From an uncultured Enterobacterales bacterium (GTDB taxonomy: Bacteria; Myxococcota_A; UBA796; UBA2385), in assembly GCA_964464515.1 (NCBI GenBank), contig CAYXGP010000002.1, positions 3,130 through 67,129 on the forward strand: a stretch of DNA of 64,000 bases. Direction: 5' to 3'. This document shows, piece by piece, positions 18,721-27,713 of this stretch. The translations under genes and the position numbers were made by a program. The notes under the pieces are model-generated. The model was not told where the DNA came from, made no database searches, and saw only the letters and a program-made list of their open reading frames with translations. Position 1 is the stretch's first letter. Every line of letters starts with the position of its first letter.

Positions 18721-19230
18721 GTGTCTCTCGTCTCCTTCATACCCCTCCTCGTGCTCAGCGCTTGCGCGTCATCCACGCCGCCAGCGACCGCCGACTCCGG
18801 CACCGCGACGACGCACCCGCTCCCGGAGCACAGCGACTGCAGGCCTGAAGGGGAGGCGATGGACGACGAGACCTGCCTGGCGTTCCTCGAAGCCGACGGT
18901 CGGCTGCCCACCGAGAGCAGCGATCGCTCCGGGGTGCCGCCGCAAGACGACGACACGCGCGCGCACGATCCGGAGCTGGCCTGGCTGGCCGGGCAGATCT
19001 CCCGCTGCACCTGCTCGTGCTGTCACCGCAGCTCATTGGGCGGGTGCGGCGCGCATCGGTACGATATCGAGTGGTCTCCGGTCTGGATCGACAGCGCCAG
19101 CAGCTGGTCGCTCCGGGTTCTCAGCGGCGACGTCGAGAGCGAGAACCAGTTCCTTCCGATCGAGGATCTCGACCGCGTGCGCGAGATCGTGGACACCGAG
19201 CGACAGCGCCGGGCCGACCTCGCGCCCTGA
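18721..19230 (+). CDS. Lipoprotein with a dense Cys cluster (CTCSCCH..GGC)
   Basis: Lipobox LVLSAC after a GTG start. The cluster reads ISRCTCSCCHRSSLGGCGAH. Coding-like codon usage. Confidence 0.65.
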   Translation: MSLVSFIPLLVLSACASSTPPATADSGTATTHPLPEHSDCRPEGEAMDDETCLAFLEADGRLPTESSDRSGVPPQDDDTRAHDPELAWLAGQISRCTCSCCHRSSLGGCGAHRYDIEWSPVWIDSASSWSLRVLSGDVESENQFLPIEDLDRVREIVDTERQRRADLAP

Positions 19231-19269
19231 TGGCCGGGTTCCCCGACCACAAACGGGGTACCGGGGTCC

Positions 19270-19755
19270 ATGCGCCGCATGCTCAAGGACTGGGGCCTCG
19301 CCCTGCTGGCCGCCGCGATCGTCTACACGCTGGCGAGCTGGCTGAAGGTGCGGGTGGACGTGCCCGAGGACGCCCCGGCCTTCTCGCTCACCTCGCTGGA
19401 GGGCGACGCGCTCCAGCTCGCCGACTTCGAGGGGCAGACGGTCGTGCTCAATTTCTGGGCCTCGTGGTGCGGGCCCTGCCGCGCCGAGGTGCCCGCGTTC
19501 AACCGCTTCGCCGCCGAGCACCCCGAGGTGGCCGTGCTGGGGTTGGCGGTGCAGTCGGGCGGCAAGGCCGAGGTGGAGCGCGCCGCGGCGCAGTTCGGCA
19601 TCGACTACCCGGTCGCCATCGCCGACAGCATCTCCGACAGCTACGGCGTGAGCGCACTGCCCACCACCGTGGTGGTCGACGGAGACGGCCGGGTGGTGGC
19701 CGCCCACGCCGGGGCGCTCTCGCTGTCAGCGCTGGAGCGGGCGGCGCTGCGCTGA
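19270..19755 (+). CDS. TlpA-like membrane-anchored thiol:disulfide oxidoreductase (thioredoxin fold)
   Basis: N-terminal anchor helix. VVLNFWASWCGPCRAEVP active site. C-terminal SALPTTVVVD. Confidence 0.88.
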   Translation: MRRMLKDWGLALLAAAIVYTLASWLKVRVDVPEDAPAFSLTSLEGDALQLADFEGQTVVLNFWASWCGPCRAEVPAFNRFAAEHPEVAVLGLAVQSGGKAEVERAAAQFGIDYPVAIADSISDSYGVSALPTTVVVDGDGRVVAAHAGALSLSALERAALR

Positions 19756-19763
19756 GTCCCTGG

Positions 19764-20471
19764 TCATTCTCCCAGCGGGTCCAAGTCGTCCGAGAACCGC
19801 CAGGGAGCCGCGCGGGGGCGCTGCACCTTCATCCGACGGAGCCCCTCCAGGTAGCGCGCTCGGGGGATGTGCTCGGCGCCGAAGCGCTCCAGGTGATCCG
19901 TGTGCACCTGGCAGTCGATCAGCTCAAAGCCCCAGCGGGCGAGCTGCCGCACCAGCCACACGAAGGCCACCTTCGAGGCGTCGGGTTCCCGGGCGAACAT
20001 CGACTCGCCGGAGAACAGCGTGCCCAGCGACACGCCGTACAGCCCGCCGACCAGCACCCCGTCCTGCCACGCCTCCACGCTGTGCGCGAAGCCCTGCTGG
20101 TGGAGGGCGATGTACGCGGCCTCCATGTCGCGGGTGATCCAGGTGCCGCGCTGCCGCGGGCGACGCGTGACCTTGCAGCGCCGGATCACCTCGGCGAAGG
20201 CGGTGTCCATCGTGATCTCGTAGCGGCCCTGCTTCACCCGCTTGCGCAGGCTGCGGGCCACGCGCAGCCGCTCCGGGTACAGCACGAACCGTGGATCAGG
20301 CGAGAACCACAGGATGGGCTGGCGCTCGCTGTACCAGGGGAAGATCGCGCTGGCGTACCCCAGCATCAGCCGATGGGGGTGTAGATCTCCCCCGATGGCC
20401 AGCAGGCCGTCGGGCTCCGCCAGGCTGGGGTGGGGGAACACGTGCTCATCGGGCAGGCGGTAAATCGGCAC
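19764..20471 (-). CDS. aat: Leucyl/phenylalanyl-tRNA--protein transferase
   Basis: IGGDLHPHRLMLGYASAIFPWY and GGLYGVSLGTLFSGESMF motifs. Start GTG 20471, 19 nt after the upstream stop. Confidence 0.9.
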   Translation of the reverse strand: MPIYRLPDEHVFPHPSLAEPDGLLAIGGDLHPHRLMLGYASAIFPWYSERQPILWFSPDPRFVLYPERLRVARSLRKRVKQGRYEITMDTAFAEVIRRCKVTRRPRQRGTWITRDMEAAYIALHQQGFAHSVEAWQDGVLVGGLYGVSLGTLFSGESMFAREPDASKVAFVWLVRQLARWGFELIDCQVHTDHLERFGAEHIPRARYLEGLRRMKVQRPRAAPWRFSDDLDPLGE

Positions 20472-20490
20472 GGCAGATCGACCTGACGAC

Positions 20491-21759
20491 TCAGAGCGCC
20501 GGCCGCCAGCCCGCCAGCGCGTGGCCGACCAGCTCCAGGCGGTCCTGTCCCCACACCAGCATCGACGCCAGCTCAGGGCGTTCAAGCTCAGGGCGTTCAG
20601 GATCACGGTGCTCCAGATGGAACGAGGGCACACCGCAGGCCCCCAGCGCGATGGCCGCCGCCGTGTTCTCGCGCAGGGCGCGGCGGGCCTCTCCCGCGCG
20701 ATCGATCAGGGTGGGATCGAGCCCCGCGGCGAGCACCTCCGCCACCACCTCCGGCTGCCCGATGTCGCGGTCTTCCACCCACAGCGCTCGGTACAGCGGC
20801 CCCACGGCGCGGGGCTCGAGGATCGACACACGCAGCGGGAGCACGGTGCGCACCGGGAAGGTGCTCGGCCAGCTGAAGTCGACGCCCCACCACGCCGCCC
20901 AGTCGTCGAGATCGCGGCGGACGTAGCGCTGACGGGCGGGGTTCATCGCCAGCATCGGCACGTTCGGGGTGCCGATCTCCTTGAACAGCGCCCCCAGCAG
21001 GATGGGGTGCCAGACCAGCCGCGCGCCGTGGCGCTCCGCCAGCGCCGCCACCTGCGTAGACGCCAGGTAGCTGAACGGACTGGCGAAGTCGTGGATGAAC
21101 CGGAGCGTGGTGGCCGCTCCGGCTGGACCGGGCGCAGCCGACGCGGGTCGCTCACCGCCCAGGGCCTGCTCCACCAGATGCAGGCGATCGCCGCCCCACC
21201 AGATCCGCCGCCCCCGCGCGACGGACGACTGCCCGTCAGAGGTTGACAGCTCGAAGGTGGGCACGCCGAACGCCCCGGCCTCCACCGCCCGCGCCGTGGT
21301 GTCGAACAGCCCCTGACGCGCCGCGGGGGTGTGTCGCGCCGCGGGATCGACCCCGACCTGCCGCGCGATGGCGTCGAGCACCGCGGGATCGGTGATGTCG
21401 CGCTCCTCCACCCAGTAGGCCGCGTACAGCGCCGCCGTCAGCGCGGGGCGCTCGTCGGGGGGAGCGGCGACCAGCATGCGCATCGCCTCGACCGTTCGCT
21501 GGGGGTGCGCCGCCGGAAACCGCAGCGGAACACCGAGCCGCTCTGCCTGCCGGTGCAGGTCAACCAGATCCAGCACGGCCTTCTGCGGCGCCCAGGTGGC
21601 CGCCGGCACCTGCGGAGCCCCGATCGAGCGGTAGATCCCGCCGAGCAGCACCGGGCTCCAGACCAGCCGCGCGCCGCGGCGCTCCGCCAGCGCCGCCACC
21701 TGCGTGGACGCCAGATACGCATACGGACAGACGATGTCGTAGTGGAAGATCAGATCCAT
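20491..21759 (-). CDS. Tandem fusion of two DsbA-like 2-hydroxychromene-2-carboxylate isomerase family domains
   Basis: The N-terminal motif occurs twice (DLIFHYDIVCPYAYLASTQVAALAERRGARLVW and LRFIHDFASPFSYLASTQVAALAERHGARLVW), each followed by GAFGVPTF / GACGVPSF. Start ATG 21759. Confidence 0.8.
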   Translation of the reverse strand: MDLIFHYDIVCPYAYLASTQVAALAERRGARLVWSPVLLGGIYRSIGAPQVPAATWAPQKAVLDLVDLHRQAERLGVPLRFPAAHPQRTVEAMRMLVAAPPDERPALTAALYAAYWVEERDITDPAVLDAIARQVGVDPAARHTPAARQGLFDTTARAVEAGAFGVPTFELSTSDGQSSVARGRRIWWGGDRLHLVEQALGGERPASAAPGPAGAATTLRFIHDFASPFSYLASTQVAALAERHGARLVWHPILLGALFKEIGTPNVPMLAMNPARQRYVRRDLDDWAAWWGVDFSWPSTFPVRTVLPLRVSILEPRAVGPLYRALWVEDRDIGQPEVVAEVLAAGLDPTLIDRAGEARRALRENTAAAIALGACGVPSFHLEHRDPERPELERPELASMLVWGQDRLELVGHALAGWRPAL

Positions 21760-21835
21760 GGCTCCCACCTGATCGGTTTCAAGCGACAGCAGTTTCAAGT
21801 CGATGAGAGCATCGATCGGCTCAGACCCGGTCAGT

Positions 21836-22918
21836 TCAGTCTGTGAGGGTACGCGCCAGTCTAAAGCCCAGGTCGGACGCCTTCCAGTTCGGATCCAGCC
21901 AGTACCGGTAGGAGACGCGCGCCCAGCGGGCCACCATCCCGAAGCAGCCCCCCCGGCTGAGGTGCAGACCGTTGTCTGGAGCCACCACGGGGTCGACCAC
22001 GTTGCCGCCCGGGTAGTCGCGGTAGCCGTCCCAGATCCACTCCCAGACGTTCCCGCTCATGTCGAACAGCCCCCAGCCGTTGGGGTGCTTGCACCCGACG
22101 GCGTGGGTCTGGTTGCCGCTGTTGCCCTGGAACCAGGCCACCGCGTCGATCTGATCGGAGCCGGCGTAGCGGTTGCGCCCCCCGGCACGGGCCGCGTACT
22201 CCCACTCAGCCTCGGTGGGCAGGCGATACCCCCCCGCCCGGGTGTTCCACTCCACCTCCCCGCTCCCGCGCGAGCGCTGGATGTGGTAGGCGGGCTCGAG
22301 CCCCTCCAGCTCGGAGAGCTGGTTGCAGAACCCCACCGCCTCGAGCCACTGGACCTGCTCGACGGGGCGCTGCTCGCTGTCGGGACCGCTCTTGAAGTAG
22401 CTCGGGCGCTCACCCGTGAGGACATGGTAGAACGCCTGGGTCACGGGCGTCGCCCCCAGCAGGAAGGGGCGGGTGATCGTCACGCGGCGTTGGGGACGCT
22501 CGTTGCGAAGGGCCACTTCGTCGTCGTCGTTGGCGCCCATGAGGAACGAGCCAGGCGGCACCTCCACCATGTCGAACCGGACACCGCCCAGGCGCGGGCG
22601 CGGAGCCGGCGCAGCGCCACCCACCGCGGCGACGACCGCGTCATTGGAGGGTCCGCGCCGCGCCGGGCTCCGGAGCCGGACCAGATTGGGCGGCGTCAGC
22701 GGCACCTCTGGCGGCCGGTTGGTCGGATCGTCGGTCGGATCGTCCTCCGGATCCTCAGGGAACGATGGCATCGCGACGTGCGTGGAGGCGACATCGAATT
22801 CCGCGAGCAGCCGCGCCTTGATTCGCTCGAACTCGGGCCGGGTGAGCGCGCCCTTCTCGACCAGGGACCAGAGATCCTCGATCGCAGACAGAAACGACCG
22901 CAGAGAGCTGTGGGGCAT
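21836..22918 (-). CDS. FGE-sulfatase (SUMF1/EgtB/PvdO-like) domain protein with a SHOCT-like N-terminal helix
   Basis: C-terminal motifs RLPTEAEWEYAARAG, GNVWEW, RGG.F, GFRLAR. N-terminal ALTRPEFERIKARLL. No signal peptide. ATG 22918 is preferred over 22993 on codon usage. Confidence 0.8.
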   Translation of the reverse strand: MPHSSLRSFLSAIEDLWSLVEKGALTRPEFERIKARLLAEFDVASTHVAMPSFPEDPEDDPTDDPTNRPPEVPLTPPNLVRLRSPARRGPSNDAVVAAVGGAAPAPRPRLGGVRFDMVEVPPGSFLMGANDDDEVALRNERPQRRVTITRPFLLGATPVTQAFYHVLTGERPSYFKSGPDSEQRPVEQVQWLEAVGFCNQLSELEGLEPAYHIQRSRGSGEVEWNTRAGGYRLPTEAEWEYAARAGGRNRYAGSDQIDAVAWFQGNSGNQTHAVGCKHPNGWGLFDMSGNVWEWIWDGYRDYPGGNVVDPVVAPDNGLHLSRGGCFGMVARWARVSYRYWLDPNWKASDLGFRLARTLTD

Positions 22919-23040
22919 GGAGATCTCTGTGGTCAAGGCTATGAGACCAGGGGTGGCCGATGAGCGATCTGCGTCGATTTTGTCAAAAATCATCTTAACC
23001 GCTCACCTCGATGACAACCTCTCGCAGAGGAAGTGACGCG

Positions 23041-23451
23041 ATGGGACACAGAGACATCCGGACTGAATCGTCGACTGAAGACAACGACACCGTCCGCCTG
23101 GATCGCTGGCTCTGGGCCGCTCGTGCCTTCAAGACCCGCACCCTGGCGGCGCGCGCCTGCGCGGCCGGACAGGTCTCGGTGGAGGGGCGCACCGCGAAGG
23201 CCAGCCGGAGCGTGCGCCCTGGAGATGTGGTGTCGTTCCGGACACCAGCCGGCGCTCGGGTCTGGCGGATCCGCGCCCTGGCCGTCCGCCGTGGCCCGGC
23301 CGCGCAGGCCGTCACCCTGTACGAAGACGAGACACCCGCCGCGCCCCCTCGCCCCGCTGCGCCGATCTGGGACCGTCCCGATCCGGCCGCCGGGCAGCGC
23401 CCCAGCAAGCGCGACCGCCGCGCCCGACGGCGGTTCAAGGGCTCGCGTTGA
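23041..23451 (+). CDS. hslR: Hsp15-like S4-domain RNA-binding heat-shock protein
   Basis: VRLDRWLWAARAFKTRTLAARACAAGQVSVEG S4 motif and a basic C-terminal tail. GAGGAAG RBS before ATG 23041. Confidence 0.8.
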   Translation: MGHRDIRTESSTEDNDTVRLDRWLWAARAFKTRTLAARACAAGQVSVEGRTAKASRSVRPGDVVSFRTPAGARVWRIRALAVRRGPAAQAVTLYEDETPAAPPRPAAPIWDRPDPAAGQRPSKRDRRARRRFKGSR

Positions 23452-24335
23452 CCTTGAGGTTGACTCTCAGCTGGGGGATCATCGGCGTCGGGCGTGCCGG
23501 ACGAGCGCGCGCGGCGGCGATCGAAGCGGATCCCCGCGCCTGCCTGGTGGCGACCTTCCGGGGCGCCCGGCTGCCGGATGTGCAGCGCGTAGAAAGCACC
23601 GCGGCGCTGATCGACGCGGTCGACGCGGTGGCCATCTGCTCGCCCGACGACACCCACGCCCCCCTGGTCGCGCAGGCGCTGGCGGCGGGCAGACACGTCC
23701 TCTGCGAGTTCCCATTGGCGCTGTCGGCGACCCGCGCCCGAGCGCTCGTGGCGCTCGCCGAGCAGCAGAACCGAACGCTCCACGTCGCACACATCGCCCT
23801 GCTCAGCTCCACCGCCGCCTGGCTGCGGGCACGCTGCAGCCATCAGCCGGTGCGCTCTGGCGTCCTCCGCTTCACGTCCGCGCCCCAGCCCGGGCAGGGC
23901 TCGATCGCCCACGCGAACATCTCGCGACTACATCGGCTCTGTGACCTGATGGGGCTGCCCAGCGGGGTGTCGTCGCTCACCCACATCCCGGCGTCCGAGA
24001 CGCTCCCCGATCGCTCTCTGTCAGCGCGGCTCAAGTTCGCCAGCGGCGTGATCGACCTCGACCTGCGGCAGTCGCCCGGGGCCTCCCGCCGACTGGAGAT
24101 GGTGCTGACGCTCGATTCAGGCACCGTGATGATCCTCGGCCGATCGCTGTTGTGGAACGGCATCCCCCAGGCTCTCCCCCCCGCAAAAGGGCTCTTCCTG
24201 CGAGACCAGCAAGTCGCCACCGCCACCATCCTGGACGGCACCCCCGGAATCGTTGGTCACGAGCGACTGGTCGGTGTTCTGGAGCTGGCCGACCGGCTGA
24301 TGTCGGGTGAGGTCGGCCCGCCGATTCGATCCTGA
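23448..24335 (+). CDS. Gfo/Idh/MocA-family NAD(P)-dependent oxidoreductase
   Basis: WGIIGVGRAGRARAAAI Rossmann start. AICSPDDTHAPLVAQALAAGRHVLCEFP core. TTG start overlaps the upstream stop. Confidence 0.7.
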   Translation: MTLRLTLSWGIIGVGRAGRARAAAIEADPRACLVATFRGARLPDVQRVESTAALIDAVDAVAICSPDDTHAPLVAQALAAGRHVLCEFPLALSATRARALVALAEQQNRTLHVAHIALLSSTAAWLRARCSHQPVRSGVLRFTSAPQPGQGSIAHANISRLHRLCDLMGLPSGVSSLTHIPASETLPDRSLSARLKFASGVIDLDLRQSPGASRRLEMVLTLDSGTVMILGRSLLWNGIPQALPPAKGLFLRDQQVATATILDGTPGIVGHERLVGVLELADRLMSGEVGPPIRS

Positions 24336-24522
24336 TCACGGGCGGGCACAACCGGCGACACGCACAGATCCATCGGTTCGGTTGCGCCCACGGGCATTGA
24401 TTCAGAACAGGGCAGGTGCTTGAATCGCAGGGACCTCTTGAACCTCCCCTGCCCAGAGAAATTGAGACGCCCCCCGATGTCTCGATGAAGATCGGCGAAT
24501 TCGCGCAGAAACAAGGACCCCC

Positions 24523-25209
24523 ATGTCGGATGTACAGCAGATCAATTCGCTGCTCGACCAGCTCTCCGAAGAGAGACGCCGCGGCAAGACCACGCGCATC
24601 GGCTTGACCAGCGCGATCGTGCTCATCATAGGAGGCTTCGTCGGCAACCTCTATTACAAGGTGACCCACTTCGACTCCGACGCCCTGCTCCGACACATGG
24701 AGACGCAGGCCTCCCAGACGGTGTGGCCGGTCTACAACCGTGAGCTGCAGGCGCTGGCCAGCGACGCCGTGCCGGCGATCACCGAGGCGCTGGAGAACGA
24801 AGCCGAGGCGCTGCTGCCGAAGGTCTCCGAGCGCCTGGGCAAGGAGGCGGTGCTGTTCCAGGAGAACATGTCGAAGACCTTCAAGGCGTCGCTCACCCGC
24901 AACTTCAACAACTCCATCCGCGGTCACGAGGCGGAGTTCAAGAAGCGCTTCCCCGACTTCGAGGACCGCGAGGAGGTCTACGAGGAGCTGGCCCGGCGGA
25001 TGGAGAAGGGCGCCCGCGACTGGGCCCAGCGCAAGCTGGACACCACGTTCGCCGAGCACCTCCTGATCCTGCAGTCGATCAACGAGACGGTGATGGCGCT
25101 GATGGAAGAGGCGGCATCCGACCTCAAGGACGGCAAGAAGGCCAACGTGGACGATGTCCTGTCGATCATGGCCGAGATCCTGAACACCCGCGTGGCCGGG
25201 GAGGGCTGA
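24523..25209 (+). CDS. Single-pass membrane protein, helical ectodomain, unknown function
   Basis: Charged N-terminus, TM helix IGLTSAIVLIIGGFVGNLYY, then about 180 aa rich in E/K/R. Preceded by a 187-nt intergenic region. Confidence 0.65.
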   Translation: MSDVQQINSLLDQLSEERRRGKTTRIGLTSAIVLIIGGFVGNLYYKVTHFDSDALLRHMETQASQTVWPVYNRELQALASDAVPAITEALENEAEALLPKVSERLGKEAVLFQENMSKTFKASLTRNFNNSIRGHEAEFKKRFPDFEDREEVYEELARRMEKGARDWAQRKLDTTFAEHLLILQSINETVMALMEEAASDLKDGKKANVDDVLSIMAEILNTRVAGEG

Positions 25210-25212
25210 GTC

Positions 25213-26142
25213 ATGGCTGGCAACGATCTGAACAGCGTGGTCTCTCGTCTCAAGAGCGATCTGGGCAGCGAACAGCAAGCCAACAAGCAGCTCGTCATCG
25301 GCGGCGGGATCGTGGTCGTGGTGCTGCTCGGCTACCTCGCCTGGGTCACCTCGATGGTGCAGCAGTTCCTGGAGCCGGAGTCTCTGGCGTACGCCAGCGC
25401 GGGCGCCGCGGTCGACGTCGCCCCCACCGTCTCGGGCCATCTGCGGGTGGTGGTGGTCGACGGCGCACCAGACATGGCCCGCATGGCCTCCGACGCGGTC
25501 GTCAACCTCATCCCCAACTACCGTGAGATCCTCGAGATGGAGCTGCGGCCGGTGGTCGACGAGGTGTGCGTCATCCTGGCGCAGACCGCCGCCAGCCAGA
25601 TGCTCAAGTCGAACTTCGACGGCGCCATCGGTCAGCGAGAGGGCTTGCAGGGGGCGGCCAACGCGGTCGTCAACCGGCTCGATGCCACGCTCGAGGGCGC
25701 GATGGACGAGCCCATGGAGATGGACGGCCCCACCCCGCGGCAGATGATCGACAGCACCCTGTCGCAGCTCCGCACCGTCGATCGCGGCCTCAAGCAGCTC
25801 GCCTCGAACCGGGGCACCCCGGAGGAGAAGGAGCTCATCCTCGCCTGGCTCAACGTGCTGACGCAGTTCCAGGCCGACCGCGACACCGCGGACCAGGAGG
25901 CCTACAAGGAGCAGAACAGCGGAAACGCGAGCACCGCCACCCCCACGCCGCCCGCAGACAAGGCAGAGGGCGAGGCGGCCCCCAAGAAGGCGGCCAAGGC
26001 CGTCAAGGCGAAGGGCTCGAAGGGGGGCGCCAAGAGCAAGTCCGGCGGGAAGTCCTCCGGCGCTGCGAAGAGCGCGACCCCTGCGGCTGCTCCGGCGAAG
26101 GCCGGAAAGGCTGGCAAGGCCGGGAAGGCGAAGGGCAGGTAG
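25213..26142 (+). CDS. Single-pass membrane protein with a Lys/Ala-rich histone-H1-like C-terminal tail
   Basis: TM helix LVIGGGIVVVVLLGYLAWV. The tail reads KKAAKAVKAKGSKGGAKSKSGGKSSGAAKSATPAAAPAKAGKAGKAGKAKGR. It starts 3 nt after the previous stop. Confidence 0.65.
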   Translation: MAGNDLNSVVSRLKSDLGSEQQANKQLVIGGGIVVVVLLGYLAWVTSMVQQFLEPESLAYASAGAAVDVAPTVSGHLRVVVVDGAPDMARMASDAVVNLIPNYREILEMELRPVVDEVCVILAQTAASQMLKSNFDGAIGQREGLQGAANAVVNRLDATLEGAMDEPMEMDGPTPRQMIDSTLSQLRTVDRGLKQLASNRGTPEEKELILAWLNVLTQFQADRDTADQEAYKEQNSGNASTATPTPPADKAEGEAAPKKAAKAVKAKGSKGGAKSKSGGKSSGAAKSATPAAAPAKAGKAGKAGKAKGR

Positions 26143-26164
26143 ACCCCTCCCTCCCCGATGAACC

Positions 26165-26194
26165 ACGGGCCCCGGACGGGGCCCGTTCTTTTTT
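26165..26194 (+). terminator. Rho-independent terminator
   Basis: ACGGGCCCC-GGAC-GGGGCCCGT gives a 9-bp GC-rich stem with a 4-nt loop, followed by TCTTTTTT. It lies 23 nt after the stop at 26142. Confidence 0.85.
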
Positions 26195-26282
26195 CCCGGT
26201 CTACCGTGGGTGGGTGGGATCGCCCACCGGGTGGGATAGCAGAGAGCGCCCGCCGAACGGCCCGCACCTGAACGGAGAGCCC

Positions 26283-27695
26283 GTGCGTTTCCTGCTGATC
26301 AACCCCGCGATGAACCTGGAGAAGCTGGGTCGCTTCGCGGGCCTGCTGGAGCCCATGCCCTGCATCGGGCTCGCCTACGTCGCCGCGGCGGCCGAGGCGC
26401 AGGGCAGCCTGGTCCGCGCCATCGACATGTTCGCCGAGGGACTCGACGCCCGCGAGGTGGTGGAGCGCGCTCGTCGCTTCCGCCCCGATCTGGTGGGCAT
26501 GACGGTGCTCACGCCGTCGGCGCCGGTCTGCTCACGCCTGGCTCAGATGCTCCGGCGCGCCATCCCCGGGGTGAAGATCATCTGGGGCGGGGTGCATGCC
26601 GACGTGTTCGGGGCGGAGATCGTCCGCTCGGGAGACGCCGATCTGTGCGCCCACGGCGACGGCGAGATCACCATCCACGAGGTGCTCGACGCGCTCGATC
26701 GCGGCGACGACGATCTCTCGGCCATCGACGGCCTGACGTGGCGCGCCGTGGACGGGGAGGTGATCACCAACCGCGCGCGCCCCCTCAACCGCGATCTCGA
26801 CGCGCTGCCCTACCCCGCCTGGCATCTGCTGCCGGTCCACAGGTACGGGCTGCTGCCGTTCGCTGACTTCGCCAAGCCCGTGCTGACGATGGCCGGCTCG
26901 CGGGGGTGTCCCTACCGCTGCGACTACTGCAGCCTGATCAACACCGGCGGCAAGGTGTACCGCCGCCGCGATCCCATCAAGCTCGTCGACGAGTACGAGT
27001 ACCTGGTCGATCGCTTCGGCGTGAAGCAGATCGGCTTCATCGATCCGATCTTCCCGCTGGTCAAGAAGGACCTGCGGCCGCTGTGTGAGGAGCTCGTCCG
27101 CCGGGGGCTCGATCAGCGCTGTCAGTGGCTCAGCGAGACGCGCGCCGATCGGCTCGACCGCGAGACCAGCGACCTGATGTACCAGGGAGGCTGCCGACGG
27201 GTGCTGCTGGGCATCGAGTCAGGCAGCGATCTGCTGCTGGGCAACGTCAACAAGACCGCCACCTGCTCAAAGGTGCGCGAGGGGGTGGCCAACGCGCGCG
27301 CGGCCGGCCTCCAGACGGTCGGCCTGTTCATGATCGGCCTGCCCGGCGAGACCCCCGAGATGACGCGCGAGACCGTGGAGTTCGCGGTCGAGCTGGACGT
27401 GGACTTCGCCAAGTTCGCCATCACCGTGCCGTTCCCCGGCTCCAAGCTGTTCGCCGAGCGCTGGCAGACCGACCTGTTCCGCGACGACTGGGAGAACTAC
27501 ACGACGTTCAACCCCGATCCGGACCGGCTGATCTACCACCCCGAGGGCTACGATCCCCGCGAGCTGATCAAGATGCAGAGCTGGGCGCTGCGGCGGTTCT
27601 ACATGCGCCCGCGGCAGATCAAGCGGCAGATGCTCCAGCTCCGCACGATCAGCCCGAAGATGCTGCTCTACGGGCTGTACGGGATGGCGGTCTGA
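26283..27695 (+). CDS. B12-binding-domain radical SAM enzyme (class B)
   Basis: GTG 26283. N-terminal Rossmann-like B12-binding region (PDLVGMTVLT, GGVHA). Radical SAM cluster GSRGCPYRCDYCS. The upstream 239 codons of ORF 25566 are rejected as overlap with the previous genes. Confidence 0.85.
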   Translation: MRFLLINPAMNLEKLGRFAGLLEPMPCIGLAYVAAAAEAQGSLVRAIDMFAEGLDAREVVERARRFRPDLVGMTVLTPSAPVCSRLAQMLRRAIPGVKIIWGGVHADVFGAEIVRSGDADLCAHGDGEITIHEVLDALDRGDDDLSAIDGLTWRAVDGEVITNRARPLNRDLDALPYPAWHLLPVHRYGLLPFADFAKPVLTMAGSRGCPYRCDYCSLINTGGKVYRRRDPIKLVDEYEYLVDRFGVKQIGFIDPIFPLVKKDLRPLCEELVRRGLDQRCQWLSETRADRLDRETSDLMYQGGCRRVLLGIESGSDLLLGNVNKTATCSKVREGVANARAAGLQTVGLFMIGLPGETPEMTRETVEFAVELDVDFAKFAITVPFPGSKLFAERWQTDLFRDDWENYTTFNPDPDRLIYHPEGYDPRELIKMQSWALRRFYMRPRQIKRQMLQLRTISPKMLLYGLYGMAV

Positions 27696-27713
27696 CCCCT
27701 CCGGGTGAGGCGC

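Noticed and set aside
21836-22918. FGE-like protein as the maturase of the three sulfatase-fold enzymes in the window
   Set aside because: None of the three has the C/S-x-P-x-R formylglycine motif (Thr sits at the nucleophile position). The FGE-like protein also lacks a signal peptide.
24031-26166. 711-aa minus-strand ORF across the two membrane-protein genes
   Set aside because: Low-complexity Arg/Leu/Gly translation with no motifs. The plus-strand genes have RBS spacing, TM helices and a terminator.
26195-26282. Cobalamin riboswitch upstream of the B12-binding radical SAM gene
   Set aside because: The leader is only 88 nt, and I cannot find a B12-box-like consensus.
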